A stretch of 14,370 nucleotides of DNA from a bacterium. Lineage in GTDB: Bacteria > SAR324 > NAC60-12. The position numbers and the translations under genes are program-made. The notes under the pieces are model-generated. The model did not search any database, had not been told where the DNA came from, and was given only the letters and a program-made list of their open reading frames with translations. The stretch is from NCBI GenBank assembly GCA_965233585.1, contig CBDDTI010000610.1:1-14370 (forward strand), read 5' to 3'. Shown here piece by piece: positions 10,043 to 14,370 of this stretch (its first letter is position 1; each line of letters starts with the position of its first letter).

Positions 10043-10162
10043 TAAATCACTGACGTAACCGATTTGCAAAACGTTCAACCTCTCTCTCTCTCTCTAGGCA
10101 CTACTCATTGACTTGATTTAGGCATCGATTCGTGCGAGAGATTTCAAAAGTCGAAATTGCTT

Positions 10163-10690
10163 TCCTTGGCCTAACACAGCGCTAACCCTAACGTATCCTG
10201 ACCTTAACTCTAAACCTAATCCCAAGCGCTAACCCTAACACTAAGCGTTAGCGCTGACCCTAACACTAAGCGCTAGCGCTAACCCTAACACTAAGCGCTA
10301 GCGCTAACCCTAAGCACTAAGCGCTAACCCTAACACTAAGCGTTAGTGCTGACCCTAACACTAAGCGCTAGCGCTAACTCTAACACTAAACGTTAGCGCT
10401 GACCCTAACACTAAGCACTAGCGCTAACCCTAACACTAAGCGCTAACCCTAACACTAAGCGCTAGCGCTAACTCTAACACTAAACGTTAGCGCTAACCCT
10501 AACACTAAGCACTAGCGCTAACCCTAACACTAAGTGTTAGCGCTGACCCTAAGCAATGACCTAAACCCTGAGCGCTAGCCCCAACCCCAAGCAATAACCC
10601 TAACCCCGAGCACTAGCCCTAACCCTAACCTTGTTCCGTAACCCTAATCTTCGACGCTAACCCTTGTTTCGAGCGGTAACCCTAACCCTA
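10163..10690 (-). repeat. Telomere-like module with an expanded ~25-nt minisatellite (TAACCC TAACAC TAAGCGC TAGCGC)n in element B
   Basis: Reiterated gcgctaaccctaacactaagcgcta at about 10226-10555; the flanks match the module at 3895-4002 in reverse complement. Confidence 0.9.
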
Positions 10691-11100
10691 GCTCTAATAA
10701 AACTGGGAACTCTTAACCCTAAGGGTTTAAGTGATCATTTGAAAAAAATTACAAGAAAAACAACGCTAATAGTCACTGTATTGGAAAACAAAAGGCCGTT
10801 TTCTTTCATTGTGTAACAGAGCAGCTCCAAAAGAGACCGACCGTGACATGCAAGTGTTTTTGCATACTTTATTTCTGAAATACACAACAGAAACGGGGGG
10901 AAATAAGTGCAAGGCAGTTTTCTACACATATAAACAAATTGGCATGCGAAGTTTGGAGCTGTTTTGGCCATTCGATTTTAGCGAAAAATCTAGGGGACGT
11001 TCTTGCCCGCGGCCTTTCATATTAAGGCCTTAAGGCCTTTGAGGAGGCCAGGCCTCAAAGCGCCTTCAGGCCTGGCCTCAAAGGCCTTGTTAGGCCTATT

Positions 11101-11444
11101 GAATGGCTTGGTGCAAGAGGGACGTAAGTGACTTTTTCAGGTGAAATTTTTTTTCCTTCAAAAGTGCCTGAATTTTTGCATGTGCTTTTCAATTAAGTAG
11201 TACAACATTCCCCTGTATTTTTTTGCCTGGTTTGCACTTTGTTTCTGAGAAAAACAAAGACAAAATATTGAAGTGTGCACAATGAACACAACAAAGCAGA
11301 ACTAGAGCATTTCAGTCAGAAAAACGACACAGGAGAATGTTTTTCTACTTAATTGAAAAGCACATGCAAAAATTCAGGCACTTTTGAAGGAAAAAAAATT
11401 TCACCTGAAAAAGTCACTTACGTCCCTCTTGCACCAAGCCATTC
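11101..11444. mobile_element. 344-bp MITE, copy 2 (direct repeat of copy 1)
   Basis: 11101-11200 is the reverse complement of 11345-11444; the asymmetric core reads in the same direction as in copy 1. Confidence 0.92.
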
Positions 11445-11486
11445 AATTATTGAATTTGTTTCTAAACTACATAATATAGCACTCAC

Positions 11487-11592
11487 TTGTGATGTGCACT
11501 TCATATCAGATTCAACTTTGCTCTGGATGGACTGACACACATCTTTAACTGACAGCTGAGCATGTAAGATCGCTTTCTGCATTGACTGTAGT
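11487..11592 (-). CDS. UVRAG: UVRAG coding exon (106 nt), start of coiled-coil: LQSMQKAILHAQLSVKDVCQSIQSKVESDMKCTSQ
   Basis: Acceptor ttctctaacag, donor gtgagt; phase 2 to 0; resembles vertebrate RLHRAQCAIKQTQVTVQKI. Confidence 0.88.
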
Positions 11593-12097
11593 CTGTTAGA
11601 GAAAGACAAACTCAGCTTTAAATTACCTGTCGGTAGTAGGGACAAAATACACTGTTGTACAAATGTAAGTAGTAATGCCAGTGTAAATTTAACAACTGAT
11701 TGAGGTTTAACTGTGCATCATCAAGTTATGATGCCCATGGAAAGTTTGAAGGGCACACTTGAGAAGTTGCTGGAAACACAGAAAATACAGCACTATAGGA
11801 ATAAAATGTAAAACAATACTGTAAATTTCTACTATTTTGAGTTTTCAACCCCATCAAGGTTGTGGGTAGACTTTATTCAATACCCCCCTGGATGAACCAC
11901 TGGCACCTTTGCTGCCTGCTCAGCTGCTTCAGGACCTTCAAACAGTCCCTTTGTGGCCTATTAAGAACCTAACCTCTGGCTTTGCTTTCTTAGCTATTCT
12001 ACCCTATTACACGTACTATTCAACAAATTGTAACACTATCCAAATATGGTCATGATGCTCTCGATATCTGTCATCCGTAGGTAACAGATATCCGGTA

Positions 12098-12735
<638 letters not shown>

Positions 12736-13700
12736 ATATATACGTAGCTTCGTATGTGGGAAGAAAAAGTGAAGTGAAAAAATGTCGACAGAAGGATTAA
12801 AAAATGTTACGAGTTTTGTTATCAATTTGTTGAATAATAAAACAATTATTCTGCTCAATCTCGCGTAATATCGTCTGATTTTAGCCGACGAGGCCGTACT
12901 AAGTATCAGATGATATTCCGCACGATTTCGCAGGATAATTGTTAATTAGACTCAGGAGGTTGACTAGTGGCAAGTCTGGTACATGTACATGTATGTGACG
13001 TGTACAGCATTGAAGAGTGATAACCTCTCACAAAAAACCCTTCTGGTAACCTACTGTACCTTTGAACAGAAGATAATTTACATGATGTATGAACCTAAAA
13101 ATAAAATAAACAGAGAATGATATAATTAAATACTCTCCTGTAGTTACATGTACATGTTCCTAGAACAGTTTTATTAGTTTAAATTGTTTATCTTGGTTCT
13201 CACATAGAATGAATTAAGATCATTATTTGTATTTTTTGTTGATGTTGCTGTTGGTGATTTAAGGTTACCCTAAACCTTTGCAGGTGTCCTCCGGAAAAAA
13301 AGAATTGTGTGTGTTACAAAAAATAAAAAATACAAAGAATTAATTAAATTAAAATTAAAAGGAATTGTGTGTAAAACAGCATACTATGCTGTTTTCAAGT
13401 AAACCGTCACAAACTACATATCAATAGAAAGGTTGTGAAATGAAGAATTCGGTAAAATTAAACTCTGTTTTGCCAATGCTTTCCTTTGGCAGAAAAAGCT
13501 GTTAACAACAAAATGACCAACTGAAATTCTGGATAATTGGGTATCAAATGCGATTGTTGATGCAAAATAACTCTGCAGTGTTAATCACAAGGCATCACTC
13601 TCTAAAAGGGTGTCAGCATGTTCTTTTATTTGTATTGATTATCTTTTTTACAGATCTGTCAAGTGCCACAATCAAAAAATTTATATAATTTTCTTTCAGT

Positions 13701-14207
13701 GCCTTTATTGCTCTTCCCAGTAGGCCGCAACACCCATGAATTTTTTTGCTGCCTTCAGAGTGACGTTTTTGATGCTGCGGGTTCGTTTTAAACCAAACAC
13801 ATGGTACATTTGAAAGTATAGTTTTCTTGCGTTGTGTCATAACTTTTTCATGTTCATTTGCAACATGTTCATCTTCATAAGGAAAGCTTATGGTGGTTTT
13901 TGTCTGCCATAAAACTGTCAGCATGACTGCTGCTTATCAACTGAAGATAAAATATGATCAGGACAAATTTGGAGTTGTTTTTTTTTAGATGTAAAATGCC
14001 CAGTAAGCTTTCCTCTTGAAGATAAACATGTTGTGAATGAACATCACATAGTACGAAAAAGTCACGACGTCACACAGAAAAAATGTCCTCACATGGTGCA
14101 TTTCAAATGTACCATGTGATTTGTAACTTTCGGCATCAAAAACGTTACTCTCAAGGCGGCAAAAAAATATGTGGGTGTTGTGGCCTGCTGGGAAGAGTAA
14201 TAAGAGC
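13701..14207. mobile_element. Decayed foldback/MITE with ~190-bp inverted arms
   Basis: CTCTTCCCAGTAGGCCGCAACACCC...GTTTTTGATGC versus GCATCAAAAAC...GGGTGTTGTGGCCTGCTGGGAAGAG; ACATGGTACATTTGAAA versus TTTCAAATGTACCATGT; arms about 13701-13890 and 14004-14207. Confidence 0.75.
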
Positions 14208-14370
14208 AGCAACAAGGAAGATTACAGATTAGAGAGGAAGAGGCTTACATGTACATTGTACTGGTACATCAAAATTGTTGGCAAAGAATGATCTGGACTA
14301 GACAAGGTTTGACAAAATGTGGTGATTCAGACTGAAACAGGACAAGTATTTGAACCTCACTTTTCAGCTG

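Larger units (their letters stand above)
7975..11018. mobile_element. Element B: non-autonomous TIR transposon related to element A
   Basis: ~165-bp TIRs GAAAGGCCGCGGGCAAGAACG... and ...CGTTCTTGCCCGCGGCCTTTC (first 56 bp perfect), flanked by ATAT at 7971-7974 and 11019-11022. Shares AGCTCCAAAYTTCRCATGC and GTATGCAAAAA motifs with the element A TIRs. Confidence 0.8.
7549..11444. mobile_element. Composite element: MITE - linker - element B - inverted linker - identical MITE
   Basis: AATT at 7545-7548 and 11445-11448 flanks only the outer ends; 7793-8030 is a perfect inverted copy of 10963-11200. Confidence 0.8.
1015..11592 (-). other. UVRAG: Span of partial UVRAG gene (8 internal coding exons; 5' and 3' exons outside window)
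   Basis: Exons 11592-11487, 7389-7308, 7154-7110, 6680-6596, 3501-3414, 1743-1674, 1362-1197, 1093-1015 all have AG/GT boundaries and compatible phases. They splice into one open frame: LQSMQKAILHAQ...ESFVKLTAQLNFRRRQLISELMNIYPI...ICGVRLPN...VALGYTCHLVSRIAQFLDLPLRYP...FPLY...FLLNKNIAQ, matching the UVRAG coiled-coil/BARA2 region as I recall it. Confidence 0.95.

Noticed and set aside
10163..10690. True telomere or chromosome end
   Set aside because: The repeats are degenerate, short and internal to a TIR element within an intron.
3602..11033. Mutually similar short ORFs at 3602, 6007, 7968 and 10735 as a small protein family
   Set aside because: The similarity comes from translating related TIR sequences, not from coding function.
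11621..11647. Minus-strand CAG|GTAATT resembling a recursive splice site or extra donor
   Set aside because: Only about 34 nt upstream of the real acceptor at 11593, too short for an intron.
13613..14215. 103-aa and 76-aa minus-strand ORFs as transposase or UVRAG exons
   Set aside because: They overlap the arms of a decayed inverted repeat and show no UVRAG C2-domain or DDE similarity.

Overview
Eukaryotic genomic DNA, probably a stony coral/anthozoan (inferred from the style of the repeats). The only protein-coding content I can support is eight minus-strand GT-AG exons (11592 down to 1015, 721 nt, open when spliced). They encode the coiled-coil and BARA-type region of UVRAG (Vps38 orthologue, PI3KC3 complex II); the first and last exons lie outside the window. 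The introns are mostly non-autonomous mobile DNA. (i) A 2.66-kb GAA...TTC TIR element (A, 3552-6213) flanked by AATT carries a TTAGGG-like module, a 122-bp satellite and a tRNA-like Pol III unit. (ii) A symmetric 3.9-kb composite (7549-11444) has two identical 344-bp MITEs in DIRECT orientation bracketing INVERTED AGGCCT-rich linkers and a second TIR element (B) with the same telomere-like module, with AATT only at the outer ends. (iii) Stacked and triple-nested elements with a short inverted repeat plus an AACAAT...ATTGTT 3' hairpin. (iv) A tRNA-derived SINE, a TA-flanked CAGTG MITE and several foldback MITEs. No transposase or other autonomous ORF was recognised; most ORFs in the supplied track look spurious. 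The composite, with its flip/flop-like ends, is the best candidate for something undescribed.
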